This document shows, in pieces, positions 35,075 to 43,955 of a stretch of 64,000 nucleotides of DNA (the stretch's first letter is position 1; every line of letters starts with the position of its first letter). Where the stretch lies: positions 744,001 to 808,000 of the forward strand of contig CP142730.1 of the NCBI GenBank assembly GCA_036630325.1, read 5' to 3'. Origin of the DNA: Vairimorpha necatrix (taxonomy: Eukaryota). Made by a program: the position numbers and the translations under genes. The notes below the pieces were generated by a model, which ran no database searches, had not been told where the DNA came from, and was given only the letters and a program-made list of their open reading frames with translations.

Positions 35075-37402
35075 ATGGAAAAAGACAAAGATGAAAAACA
35101 TTTGAATTCTAGAAAAATGTTATCAAAAATGAAATATGAAGAGAATAAAATCAAACTTCCAATAAAAAACATGTGCTATAAAAACGATCCTCCTGCTTTT
35201 ATAACGGTCGTCGGATCGAAAAATTCTGGTAAATCTTCTGTTATTAAATCTTTAGTTAAAAAATTTACTAAGCAAACACTTGATCACATTAAAGGGCCAA
35301 TCACATTAACAGTTTCAGTAGACAAACGTGTTACTATTTTTGAATGTAAAGATGATATTCATCAATTTGTTGATACTTCAAAAATATCCGATATGGTGAT
35401 TTTCATTATAGACGCTACTGTTGGTCTAGAATGTGAAACTTTAGAATATTTGAGTTTATTATTAGCACATGGTTTGCCCAAGATAGCTTTTGTTGTCACG
35501 CATACCGACAAAAAAAATGTTAAAAAAATGTTTAAAAAAATAAAAAAACAAATTTATGATGAAATTTGTGATGGTCTAAAATTTTTTTATCTTGGAATGA
35601 ATGATGGAAAATATAACGAAAGTGAAATTTTAAACATGACTAGATTTATAAGTAGTATGAAATATAGACCTATAGAGTGGAAATGTACACATCCACATAT
35701 TATAATCGATAAAATAGACGATATAAATATTTATGGATATGTAAGAGGAGCTTCAATTAATAAAGGAGTAGATGTTCATATACCGGGATTTGGTGACACA
35801 AAAATAAAAGACTTTGAAATTCTGGACGATCCTGTCCCAACTAAAATTGAAAAAAAATTATCGACAAAAAAAATGCTTTTGTACGCTCCTATGATTCACA
35901 AGGAACAAGTCAAAGTAGAAATTTGCACTGAAGAAATAAAAGATACAGAAATTGAACAAGTAGAGGAAATCAAATTATTTAAAAAATCGAAAAATAAATT
36001 AAAAACGGAAATTATTAGTACAGAAGAAATAGTAATTCCTGAAGTTACAGATATGAAACAAGAAATTATAATAGACAATTTAGAAGAAAATGTAATTTCT
36101 GACTCTGATGAAGATCTCGAAGCTATAAAAGAAAAAGTAAAAAACAAATTTAGAAAAGAAGTAAAAACAGAAGAAGATTTTGTAGAGAAATTTAATGAAA
36201 AATATACAGAAGAAGAAAAAAATCTCAAAAATTTTTATACAAAAGAAAAGGATTTTCTGGAAGAAAGTAAGCTGAAAAATGTGTCTAATAAATTGAGGGA
36301 TGTTTCTTATCCGGGCGAATATATAAAAATTACATTAGAAAATATGGTTGATAAAAAATTTGATTTTTCTAAAATATTAATTTTAGGAGTTTATCTCGTC
36401 TCAGAATTAAAACAAGAAATACTTCAAGGAAAAGTTAAAACTAATAAATGGCATAAAAGACTTTTAAAGACCAATGACCCTTTGATTTTCTCGGTAGGTT
36501 GGAGGAGATTTCAAAGTATACCAGTTTACAGTTCAAAAACAAGCGGAGAAAATCGAATGTTAAAATATTCGTTTAAACATGGTTTTTGCCTGATAAATTT
36601 CTATGGATTTGTCGTTCCGCCTGGTACAGGATTTTCAATTTATTCTGAAAAATCAAAATTTAAAGTTTTAGGATATGGAAATATTTTAGATGTGACTGGA
36701 GATCATAATTTAGTGAAAAAATTGAAATTAGTAGGATATCCTAGTAAAATAATGGGCAATACAGCGTTTATAAAAGACATGTTTACTTCCAATCTCGAAG
36801 TACTTAAATTTAAAAATGCTAAAATTAAAACAGTCAGTGGATTAAAAGGCAATGTGAAGAATCCTGTTGGTAAAAATGGAGAATTTAGAGGAGCATTTGA
36901 AGGCGAAATGTTAATGAGCGACATTGTAACTTTGAAATGTTTCGTTCCGTTTCCTTTACATAAAATTTTAATACCAGTAAATAATTTAGTTGAAACTTGG
37001 AAAGGTTTAAGAAGTCTTCGAGAAATTAGAGAAGAATTTGATATCAAAATAGAAGACAAATATATTGAGGAAGTATCTCATGAAGAGTCAAATGATGAAG
37101 AAAGTGAAGAATTTGTTTTACCAGAAGAAATAGAAAAAAGACTCCCACTAGATAAAAGAAATATAAAAGTTATTAATGAAAAAATAGAACTGCCGATTTC
37201 TCCTGAAGAAAAAAGAAGGAAGATTTTTGAGAATGAAATCGAGTTAAAACGAAAACAAAAAGAAATTGCAGAACAAAAAGAAGCAGAAAAAATAAAATCA
37301 AGAAAAGAAAAAGAGAAAGAAAGATTTTTAGAAGAAAAACAGGAGAGACTTAAAAAAACAATAATAAAATCAAATTTGCAAAAGAAAAGAAATCGAAAAT
37401 AA
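35075..37402 (+). CDS. BMS1: Ribosome biogenesis GTPase Bms1
   Basis: DPPAFITVVG..SGKSS, HGLPK, WKCTHP, KWHKRLLKTNDPLIFSVGWRRFQSIP, VKKLKLVGYP, FIKDMF, KTVSGLKG. Confidence 0.95.
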   Translation: MEKDKDEKHLNSRKMLSKMKYEENKIKLPIKNMCYKNDPPAFITVVGSKNSGKSSVIKSLVKKFTKQTLDHIKGPITLTVSVDKRVTIFECKDDIHQFVDTSKISDMVIFIIDATVGLECETLEYLSLLLAHGLPKIAFVVTHTDKKNVKKMFKKIKKQIYDEICDGLKFFYLGMNDGKYNESEILNMTRFISSMKYRPIEWKCTHPHIIIDKIDDINIYGYVRGASINKGVDVHIPGFGDTKIKDFEILDDPVPTKIEKKLSTKKMLLYAPMIHKEQVKVEICTEEIKDTEIEQVEEIKLFKKSKNKLKTEIISTEEIVIPEVTDMKQEIIIDNLEENVISDSDEDLEAIKEKVKNKFRKEVKTEEDFVEKFNEKYTEEEKNLKNFYTKEKDFLEESKLKNVSNKLRDVSYPGEYIKITLENMVDKKFDFSKILILGVYLVSELKQEILQGKVKTNKWHKRLLKTNDPLIFSVGWRRFQSIPVYSSKTSGENRMLKYSFKHGFCLINFYGFVVPPGTGFSIYSEKSKFKVLGYGNILDVTGDHNLVKKLKLVGYPSKIMGNTAFIKDMFTSNLEVLKFKNAKIKTVSGLKGNVKNPVGKNGEFRGAFEGEMLMSDIVTLKCFVPFPLHKILIPVNNLVETWKGLRSLREIREEFDIKIEDKYIEEVSHEESNDEESEEFVLPEEIEKRLPLDKRNIKVINEKIELPISPEEKRRKIFENEIELKRKQKEIAEQKEAEKIKSRKEKEKERFLEEKQERLKKTIIKSNLQKKRNRK

Positions 37403-37482
37403 ACAAAATTTTTTAGAACAATTGTGGTCAAAGGTTTAATTTATACAAATAATTTTATAGCGTCAACAAAGTATTAAATTTT

Positions 37483-37671
37483 TTACTCCTTTAAATATTT
37501 ATCTAATCTTTCTTCAAATTCTTTTAATTTTATAATTAAATATTCGTCCCGTTCTAAATCATTGTTGAGATACTCGTAGATCTTATCAATATTGGTAGAA
37601 AATCCATTTTCTTTATTTTCGTAAATTTCTTCGTCCAATTCTGGGAAATTAAATGAAAACTCATCATCCAT
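37483..37671 (-). CDS. Small acidic hypothetical protein (62 aa)
   Basis: CCC motif just before the ATG, host-like E/K-rich composition, and fills the gap between BMS1 and the next gene. Confidence 0.6.
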   Translation of the reverse strand: MDDEFSFNFPELDEEIYENKENGFSTNIDKIYEYLNNDLERDEYLIIKLKEFEERLDKYLKE

Positions 37672-37709
37672 TAAAAGGGCAATAATGTTTAACTTGTAAA
37701 GACCCCTTG
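37672..37709. promoter_or_regulatory. 38-bp bidirectional promoter with a CCC motif facing each ATG
   Basis: CAT-TAAAAGGGC...GACCCCTTG-ATG. The same CCC-before-ATG motif precedes almost every gene in the window, a known microsporidian signal. Confidence 0.6.
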
Positions 37710-38366
37710 ATGGAAATTGGAAAAAAAATAAATCTTTTTAAGGATTGTATTGCAACTGTTAAATATATTGGAAATTTAGAAGGCGAAGAAGGCATTTGGA
37801 TAGGCCTGGAACTCAATCAACCAATAGGAAAACATGACGGAGTACACAAAGAGAAAAGATATTTTACATGTGAAGAAAAATGCGGCATATTTATGAAAGA
37901 GTCAAAGTTGCGAGAAAATGTTCAAGTGACGAATATTAGTCAAATTTCTAATAATAAACAAGATTTGGATTATGAATATGAAAACAATGTACAGAAAATT
38001 ATAAAAGACAGCGTCTATAAAGCAAAAATAAAAAAAATGAAAACAGAAAATAAAAAAACACAAGAGAAATTAAAACAAGAAAACGAAAATTTAAAAAAAT
38101 CAATAAAAGAAAAAGATTTAATATTGGAAAAATATAAAAACACTACAGAAAATTTACTAGACAAATTAGAATATTTTGAGATAGAAGCGAGAAATATAAT
38201 TGAAAATATAGTAAAGAAAATTAATAAACTAAAAAAGCAATATATTGAAGAAGAAGATTATGAAGAATTGTGTGAAAATTTTAAAGAAATTATGAAAAAT
38301 GCTATAGAAGAGAACACAGAAGATTTAGAAAAAAACATAGAAAAATTTTACAAAAAAATAAATTAA
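37710..38366 (+). CDS. CAP-Gly domain plus coiled-coil protein (dynactin p150/Nip100- or Bik1-like)
   Basis: VKYIG...GIWIGLEL..PIGKHDG...RYFTC...GIF followed by a long coiled coil. ATG at 37710 after CCCC. Confidence 0.85.
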   Translation: MEIGKKINLFKDCIATVKYIGNLEGEEGIWIGLELNQPIGKHDGVHKEKRYFTCEEKCGIFMKESKLRENVQVTNISQISNNKQDLDYEYENNVQKIIKDSVYKAKIKKMKTENKKTQEKLKQENENLKKSIKEKDLILEKYKNTTENLLDKLEYFEIEARNIIENIVKKINKLKKQYIEEEDYEELCENFKEIMKNAIEENTEDLEKNIEKFYKKIN

Positions 38367-38391
38367 GGAAAAAAACATTTCATACAATTTT

Positions 38392-38970
38392 TTAATAGAT
38401 TTCTTGTTTTCTACCTCTTTTCCTTACCAATTCTAATCTTGTCATGACTTCCTCTTGGTTTCCTTGACATGTGTAGCCTTCGTAAAAATTTTTGATAAAT
38501 TTTTCATCGTGCGCACATTTGACAGATTTTTCGAAGACGTAAAGATCGACGGCTTTGTCTTCAGCTTTCGTAGAAATGTACGATAATCCGAAATCAATGA
38601 CAAAAATTTTGTCTTTATAAATAAAATTAGAAGTTGTAAGATCGCCGTGAATTATATTATTCGTATGTAAAATATTAACAAGTTTTCCTATTTCTTTAAA
38701 AATGTCTTCTGAAAGATTTGTAAGATCTTTTACATTTTTACCGTCAATATATTCCATTTTTATAATATTTCCTTCTGTGTGTTTATACACAGGACATGGA
38801 ATTCCTAAAGCATTTAGCTTTATAAGAATATTTACCTCTTTTTTAGTTCTTTGTTTTATAATTTTAGTGTCCAATTCTTCTATTCTGTACTTTTTACGCA
38901 ATCTTTCTTTGTGTAGTAACCCGTCTTTTAAATAAATCACTGACTCGGCTCCCCGAAAAAGAATTTTCAT
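38392..38970 (-). CDS. BUD32: EKC/KEOPS kinase Bud32
   Basis: GAES, KER..KKYR..LD, HGDLTTSN, IDFGL, EDKAVDLYV, RKRGR. Confidence 0.95.
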   Translation of the reverse strand: MKILFRGAESVIYLKDGLLHKERLRKKYRIEELDTKIIKQRTKKEVNILIKLNALGIPCPVYKHTEGNIIKMEYIDGKNVKDLTNLSEDIFKEIGKLVNILHTNNIIHGDLTTSNFIYKDKIFVIDFGLSYISTKAEDKAVDLYVFEKSVKCAHDEKFIKNFYEGYTCQGNQEEVMTRLELVRKRGRKQEIY

Positions 38971-39095
38971 TTGTAGGGCGAGAAAATCTGAAAAAGAATT
39001 TGACAGCGTCTGTAATTTTTTAAAAGAACGAAAAAATTTTAAAAAAAAATAAGATTTTATTCAAAAATTTTTAATCTAAGATTTTATTTCAAAAA

Positions 39096-39722
39096 TTATT
39101 CAAAACTACCAGAAGTAATTTCACATACTTGATAAATATCATCTAATGTGTTTTCTTTGCCTATTTTCACTACATAAATAAATTCATTCTTCGATTTGTG
39201 CACTACCAAATATGACCAGTCTTTTTCATTTTCTTCTAATTCTGTGGGATCTCTGACAACCACGCCATCTATTGCAATAAAATAAAAACAAACAGGCAAA
39301 AAGTTTACTGGGATTTTTAAATGATTCAAAATATGATTTACAATGAGAACTGATGGCTCATAAACTTCACCATCAGAATTGAGAATCCTCAATTCAATGT
39401 TTATTAATTTGACTTCTGTGGCGTATTTGATACACAAAGCTTCTAAATCAATGCATCTTTGATTAATAAAAATTTTCTTCAAAAAACTGTTAAGTTTATC
39501 AGTCCTTTTATAAGCGGCGACACAATTAAAAGATACTATTCCTTCGTTCGGTTTGTCAATATAGGGAGTTCCTACAGATAAATGATACATACCCATTATT
39601 TGTGTGTCTCCGTATGTTATTAAAAAGAAATTTTCTAATTTTTCTATTTTAAAATCTCTTCTCTGTAAAAGGTCTCTATCATCAAGCCGAGTGTAGCTTT
39701 TTAAAAGATCTTTGACGACCAT
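39096..39722 (-). CDS. RRP45: Exosome RNase PH-like subunit, Rrp45-like
   Basis: RLDDR...RR, GDTQ, PYIDKPNEG, IDLEALCI, ILNSDG, DPTELEE. Confidence 0.75.
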   Translation of the reverse strand: MVVKDLLKSYTRLDDRDLLQRRDFKIEKLENFFLITYGDTQIMGMYHLSVGTPYIDKPNEGIVSFNCVAAYKRTDKLNSFLKKIFINQRCIDLEALCIKYATEVKLINIELRILNSDGEVYEPSVLIVNHILNHLKIPVNFLPVCFYFIAIDGVVVRDPTELEENEKDWSYLVVHKSKNEFIYVVKIGKENTLDDIYQVCEITSGSFE

Positions 39723-39805
39723 TAAAGGGCAAAAAATAAATTTATGTTTTTGGAAATCAATTTAATTTATAAAAAAAATATTATTTGTTAGAAGAAATTT
39801 ATATG

Positions 39806-40465
39806 TTATCTTTTTTTATTTTTTTTTGTAATTTTTTTTACTTTTTTTTTATGTTCAGATATATAATTCTGTAATATTAAATATTGTTTTACATTTTTCG
39901 TATTTGGTTTTTCTATATGAATTCCTCCGTAAAACCCTGCTCTTGTTGCTTCATTCTTTAAAATTTCTATGTCTTTTTTATTTTTTAAATAAAATTGTAA
40001 AACACATTTAGTAGACGGTTTAACAACCGAATAAAGACTTGTAAAAAATGTGCGAATTCTCTTTTTAGGAATATGTGACGAGTTATAACTTTGAAATAAC
40101 CATTGTATGGCACTGACGCTTATCACGCCATCAAAAATGCCCGGTTTAAATGTCAGTCCTTCGCCAGCATCACTGCGTATTTGGTCTAAAGATTCGCCCT
40201 TACTTTGACAAATATTTAACATGTCTTTAGAAATGTCAATACCTATCCATTCACAATTATTTTCACTTAAAACACCGCCACTAATGCCAGTACCACAACC
40301 AATATCTAGTATAAGCCCGGGAGATTGTAATTCTAGTAAATCGAAACATTTTCTAGTAATTTCTTTCTGTATTGCTTGAATCCGACTATTTGTTTCATAT
40401 TTTTGTGCATTGTGTCCGTCGTAATAAATTTCAGCGGGCGCAACATGTTCTGGAATTTTACTCAT
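39806..40465 (-). CDS. BUD23: 18S rRNA m7G methyltransferase Bud23
   Basis: PEHVAPAEIYY, ILDIGCGTGISG, GIDIS..ML, FDGVISVSAIQWL, LQFY, AGFYGG. Confidence 0.95.
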   Translation of the reverse strand: MSKIPEHVAPAEIYYDGHNAQKYETNSRIQAIQKEITRKCFDLLELQSPGLILDIGCGTGISGGVLSENNCEWIGIDISKDMLNICQSKGESLDQIRSDAGEGLTFKPGIFDGVISVSAIQWLFQSYNSSHIPKKRIRTFFTSLYSVVKPSTKCVLQFYLKNKKDIEILKNEATRAGFYGGIHIEKPNTKNVKQYLILQNYISEHKKKVKKITKKNKKR

Positions 40466-40506
40466 AAAAAGGGGTAAATTAAAAACGGCTTTTATTAATT
40501 TTTAAA

Positions 40507-42030
40507 TTATTTATTTCTACTAGTTCTGTATTTGTTTATAGCTTCTATAACATTTTCTTGTGTAATTTTCATATCAATATTTTCAAAATTATTTTTTAAG
40601 CATATCAACGCTGCTTCTTTAGCAATACCAGAAATCTCAGCACCACTTAATCCACAAAGAGGTAAACTCGAATAATCAAAATCTTCTATAGGAATATCTT
40701 TAACACACTTTTTGAAAATGTCAATACATCCTTGTTGTGATGGCAATGGGACTTCTATTATTTTATCAAATCTTCCTGGTCTAAGTAAAGCTTTATCTAA
40801 TATTTCTATTCTATTAGTAGCGCCAATCAGATAAACATCTCCTCTATCTTCAAGACCATCTAGTAAAGTTAATATTTGATTTACTATTCTATTACAAAAA
40901 TCATTATTATTTCTCTTTTGGCAGAGCGAATCAATTTCATCAAAAAATATTACACATGGTTGTAATTGTTTGGCTCGTCCAAATAAGTCTCGTATTTCTT
41001 TCTCAGAATCGCCTACAAATTTACTTATTAGTTCTGGTCCTCGTACGCTAATAAAATTACAATGACTCATATTTGAGACAGCTTTTGCCAGTAAAGTTTT
41101 TCCGCATCCAGGCGGCCCGTATAATAAAACACCTGATGGTTTATTAATTCCCATTCTTTGGAATTTCTCTGGATATTTTGATGGATAAATTATACTCATT
41201 TTCAGTTCTTCTTTGACTTCATCAAGAGATCCAATGTTATCAAAAGTTACATGTCCATTTTGTTTTTTTATTTCTTTGATACTTTTTTCAAAATCCGATA
41301 TCTCAATAAAAGTTCTATTTTCTGCTACTGTTGCACTGCCGGCAATTTTAAAAAGTTTTTTTAAATCTCGTGGCGTACAACCAGGCGTCATTTCTGCCAC
41401 TATTGACCAGTCATCAATTTTGTGTGAAATTTTTTCAGAAAAAAATTTACACATTTCTTTTCTTTCGTCAATATTCGGGATTTTAATTAGTAGCTCATTA
41501 TCAAATCTTTGTATAAGTTTTGGTAATTTTACAATATTTTCTACTATTCCTACTATAAGTGATTTTCCTCTATAATTATTCAAATTTTCTGATAGTTGTT
41601 TTATTGATTTAAAATTGTCTTCTTCGTTTAGACTATCAAGATTATCAAATAATATTATTGATTTGTCAGTAATATCCCCCTTTCTAAATGTTTCTCTTAT
41701 TTCTTTTTCATTTTCGCAGTTACCTATAATAATTGGTATTTGATATTCTTGACTTATTGAATGAATAAGAAATGTTTTTCCTACGCCACTGGTGCCGTGT
41801 AAAAGTAAAGTCATTGGCGGAGATTGTCCTAGATTTATATATTCTTGTTTTTTCATTAATGGATTGTAAATTAGAGTCTCTACACTTTTTTTTAGATATT
41901 CTATGCCACCCAGTTTTGATAATTGAGGAATAAAATCATTTTGTTTTAAAGTGTTGTTTAGACTTGTTGTAATCATTTTGTCTCTTAATATTGAGTTTAT
42001 GTCTGTTTGTGACTTATTTTTGTTGTTCAT
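40507..42030 (-). CDS. RIX7: Tandem AAA+ ATPase, Rix7/NVL-like
   Basis: Two AAA modules (GTSGVGKT; GPPGCGKT, ISVRGPEL..KFVGDSE, PCVIFFDEIDSL, RIVNQILT, ALLRPGRFDK), plus MTPG and KLGG motifs typical of NVL/Rix7. Confidence 0.75.
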   Translation of the reverse strand: MNNKNKSQTDINSILRDKMITTSLNNTLKQNDFIPQLSKLGGIEYLKKSVETLIYNPLMKKQEYINLGQSPPMTLLLHGTSGVGKTFLIHSISQEYQIPIIIGNCENEKEIRETFRKGDITDKSIILFDNLDSLNEEDNFKSIKQLSENLNNYRGKSLIVGIVENIVKLPKLIQRFDNELLIKIPNIDERKEMCKFFSEKISHKIDDWSIVAEMTPGCTPRDLKKLFKIAGSATVAENRTFIEISDFEKSIKEIKKQNGHVTFDNIGSLDEVKEELKMSIIYPSKYPEKFQRMGINKPSGVLLYGPPGCGKTLLAKAVSNMSHCNFISVRGPELISKFVGDSEKEIRDLFGRAKQLQPCVIFFDEIDSLCQKRNNNDFCNRIVNQILTLLDGLEDRGDVYLIGATNRIEILDKALLRPGRFDKIIEVPLPSQQGCIDIFKKCVKDIPIEDFDYSSLPLCGLSGAEISGIAKEAALICLKNNFENIDMKITQENVIEAINKYRTSRNK

Positions 42031-42240
42031 TTTGGGGAATAAAAAATTTATAATTTTTTATAAAAAAGACGTTTAACGGTTTTTAATATTATAAAATAGA
42101 GTTTTAAAAAATTATTTTCTTAATTATATAATTTTTTTTGTAATTTAGGATACATTTGTTTATATCGCATTTTATAATTTTCAATACATTTTTTGAAATT
42201 AATTTGATATGTTTTTTAAAATATTAATAATTTTCTACCC

Positions 42241-43119
42241 ATGTCAAATATTAACGAAGAAGTTCCAAAATCAATTGGTTGGTCATGTGCAGTCACTGAA
42301 GATCTCCATCTCGGCCAAATTTCCAGTTTACTTACCCTCGCTCAAATTTCTTCTAATTCTAACACTTCTTTAAAAATTTTACTTGACGATTCTGATTACA
42401 CTCTAAAACCAAATAGAAAGTTAATCGACACTAATTTTATTAATTTAACTTCTAAAATATCTAATATATTACAAAATTTAAATATACAAAATGTCTCTTT
42501 CCACAAATCAACAGATGTAAGAAACAATGAAAATTTTGTCAACGACTTTTACAAATTAATTTCTGTCACATCGGAACAAGACGCGTTTAAATGTCTTGAC
42601 AAACATGACGATGTCAAAATGGGCGATTTATTAGTACCAGTTATTAAATTTTTAGATTTTGTACATTTAGATGTAGACAAAGTAGTTTACAATAATGAGA
42701 AATATATTAGATTAGGAGAAGGTAATAAAGACGTTTTGGATCTTGAAAAAGATATTGGGTTTATTTTTAGTGGTACGATTTTTGATAATAAAAAAAATAA
42801 GATGACTTTTTTTGATAAAATGTCTGCTATTTGGATATGTGAGAGTGAAAAAAGTATAAGTAAAAAGATTAATAAATATTTTTGTGAAGAAGGAAATGTT
42901 GATTGTTATGTGTTTGAGATTTATGAGCATGTGATATTCAAGTTTTATGAAATGAAAAAAAAAATTTTAGAAATTGATCGAGACGGAGAAACATTGAAAA
43001 TTGAGAGTATTGAAGAACTAAAAGATCTGTTTAGGAATAAGAAAATACACCCAAGTGATTTAAAGAATAATTGTAGTCGAATTATAACTAGTATATTTGC
43101 CCAGTTTAATATTAAATAA
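42241..43119 (+). CDS. Tyrosyl-tRNA synthetase-like protein with degenerate catalytic motifs
   Basis: LHLGQ (HIGH-like), KILLDD, then SAI..CES...I.KKINKYFCEEGNV...IDR...IHPSDLK, typical of archaeal/eukaryotic TyrRS. YPxxQ and GGxDQ are missing. Confidence 0.75.
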   Translation: MSNINEEVPKSIGWSCAVTEDLHLGQISSLLTLAQISSNSNTSLKILLDDSDYTLKPNRKLIDTNFINLTSKISNILQNLNIQNVSFHKSTDVRNNENFVNDFYKLISVTSEQDAFKCLDKHDDVKMGDLLVPVIKFLDFVHLDVDKVVYNNEKYIRLGEGNKDVLDLEKDIGFIFSGTIFDNKKNKMTFFDKMSAIWICESEKSISKKINKYFCEEGNVDCYVFEIYEHVIFKFYEMKKKILEIDRDGETLKIESIEELKDLFRNKKIHPSDLKNNCSRIITSIFAQFNIK

Positions 43120-43292
43120 AAAAATTAAAATTTTTCAAAAATTTTTATTTGCTAAAATAAACAAAAAATACCATAAAAATGTAAACTAAATACAAATTAA
43201 CGATACCTTATAAATATAAATATTCATTATTACTATAATATTAATATAAACTAAACACGTCATAAAAATATAATCTTTGTATAAAATTTTTA

Positions 43293-43727
43293 TTAATGTA
43301 GTCCTGTAGACCCAAATCCCGAATCACCTCGTGTCGAACTTTCTAAACATTCAACTTCTTCAATATTGTATTCACATGTCTTTATAATCACCATCTGCGC
43401 TATTCGCATTCCTGCCGTATACTCAAATGGCACATTAGAATTATTAAGTATTTTCACTTTCAGTTCTTCGTTAGACTCAGGCAATATTTTACTATTTATT
43501 GGTTCCAGGCCATGTTTAAGCGCCAAGCCCGATCGTCCAAAAATTATACCTAAATGATTTTTAGGAATAGAAAATATTAGACCTGTTCTTATTTCTGATA
43601 TTTCTTTGGGGTTTATAGTACCACTTTCTAAGACGCTTATATCATAACCGGCTGCGCCTTCACTGTGTCTTTCAGGAATCTTGGCAGATTTGGATAATTT
43701 GGTTATTTTCAATTTAGAAAAAGTCAT
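43293..43727 (-). CDS. dUTPase-family protein (motif III degenerate)
   Basis: Motifs I AGYDI, II RSGLA, IV GMRIAQ and V RGDSGFGSTG are present. Motif III reads SKILPESNE instead of GVIDxDYRG. Confidence 0.85.
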   Translation of the reverse strand: MTFSKLKITKLSKSAKIPERHSEGAAGYDISVLESGTINPKEISEIRTGLIFSIPKNHLGIIFGRSGLALKHGLEPINSKILPESNEELKVKILNNSNVPFEYTAGMRIAQMVIIKTCEYNIEEVECLESSTRGDSGFGSTGLH

Positions 43728-43955
43728 TTTTTAGGGGTTAAGAAAAAAATTAATACCATAAAATTAAAAGACGTGTATAATAAAATAAAAAAATTTATAA
43801 AAATATGCGCAAATTCAAATATTATTATCTATTTAATACAAACTAAGTATGAATCACATGTACAAAAAACTTATTATTTTTACGCTGTTCTAAATTTATT
43901 ACGATTTTGTTAATTTTTCTATTTAAAATTTCTCGATTTTTTATTTTATCCCCTC

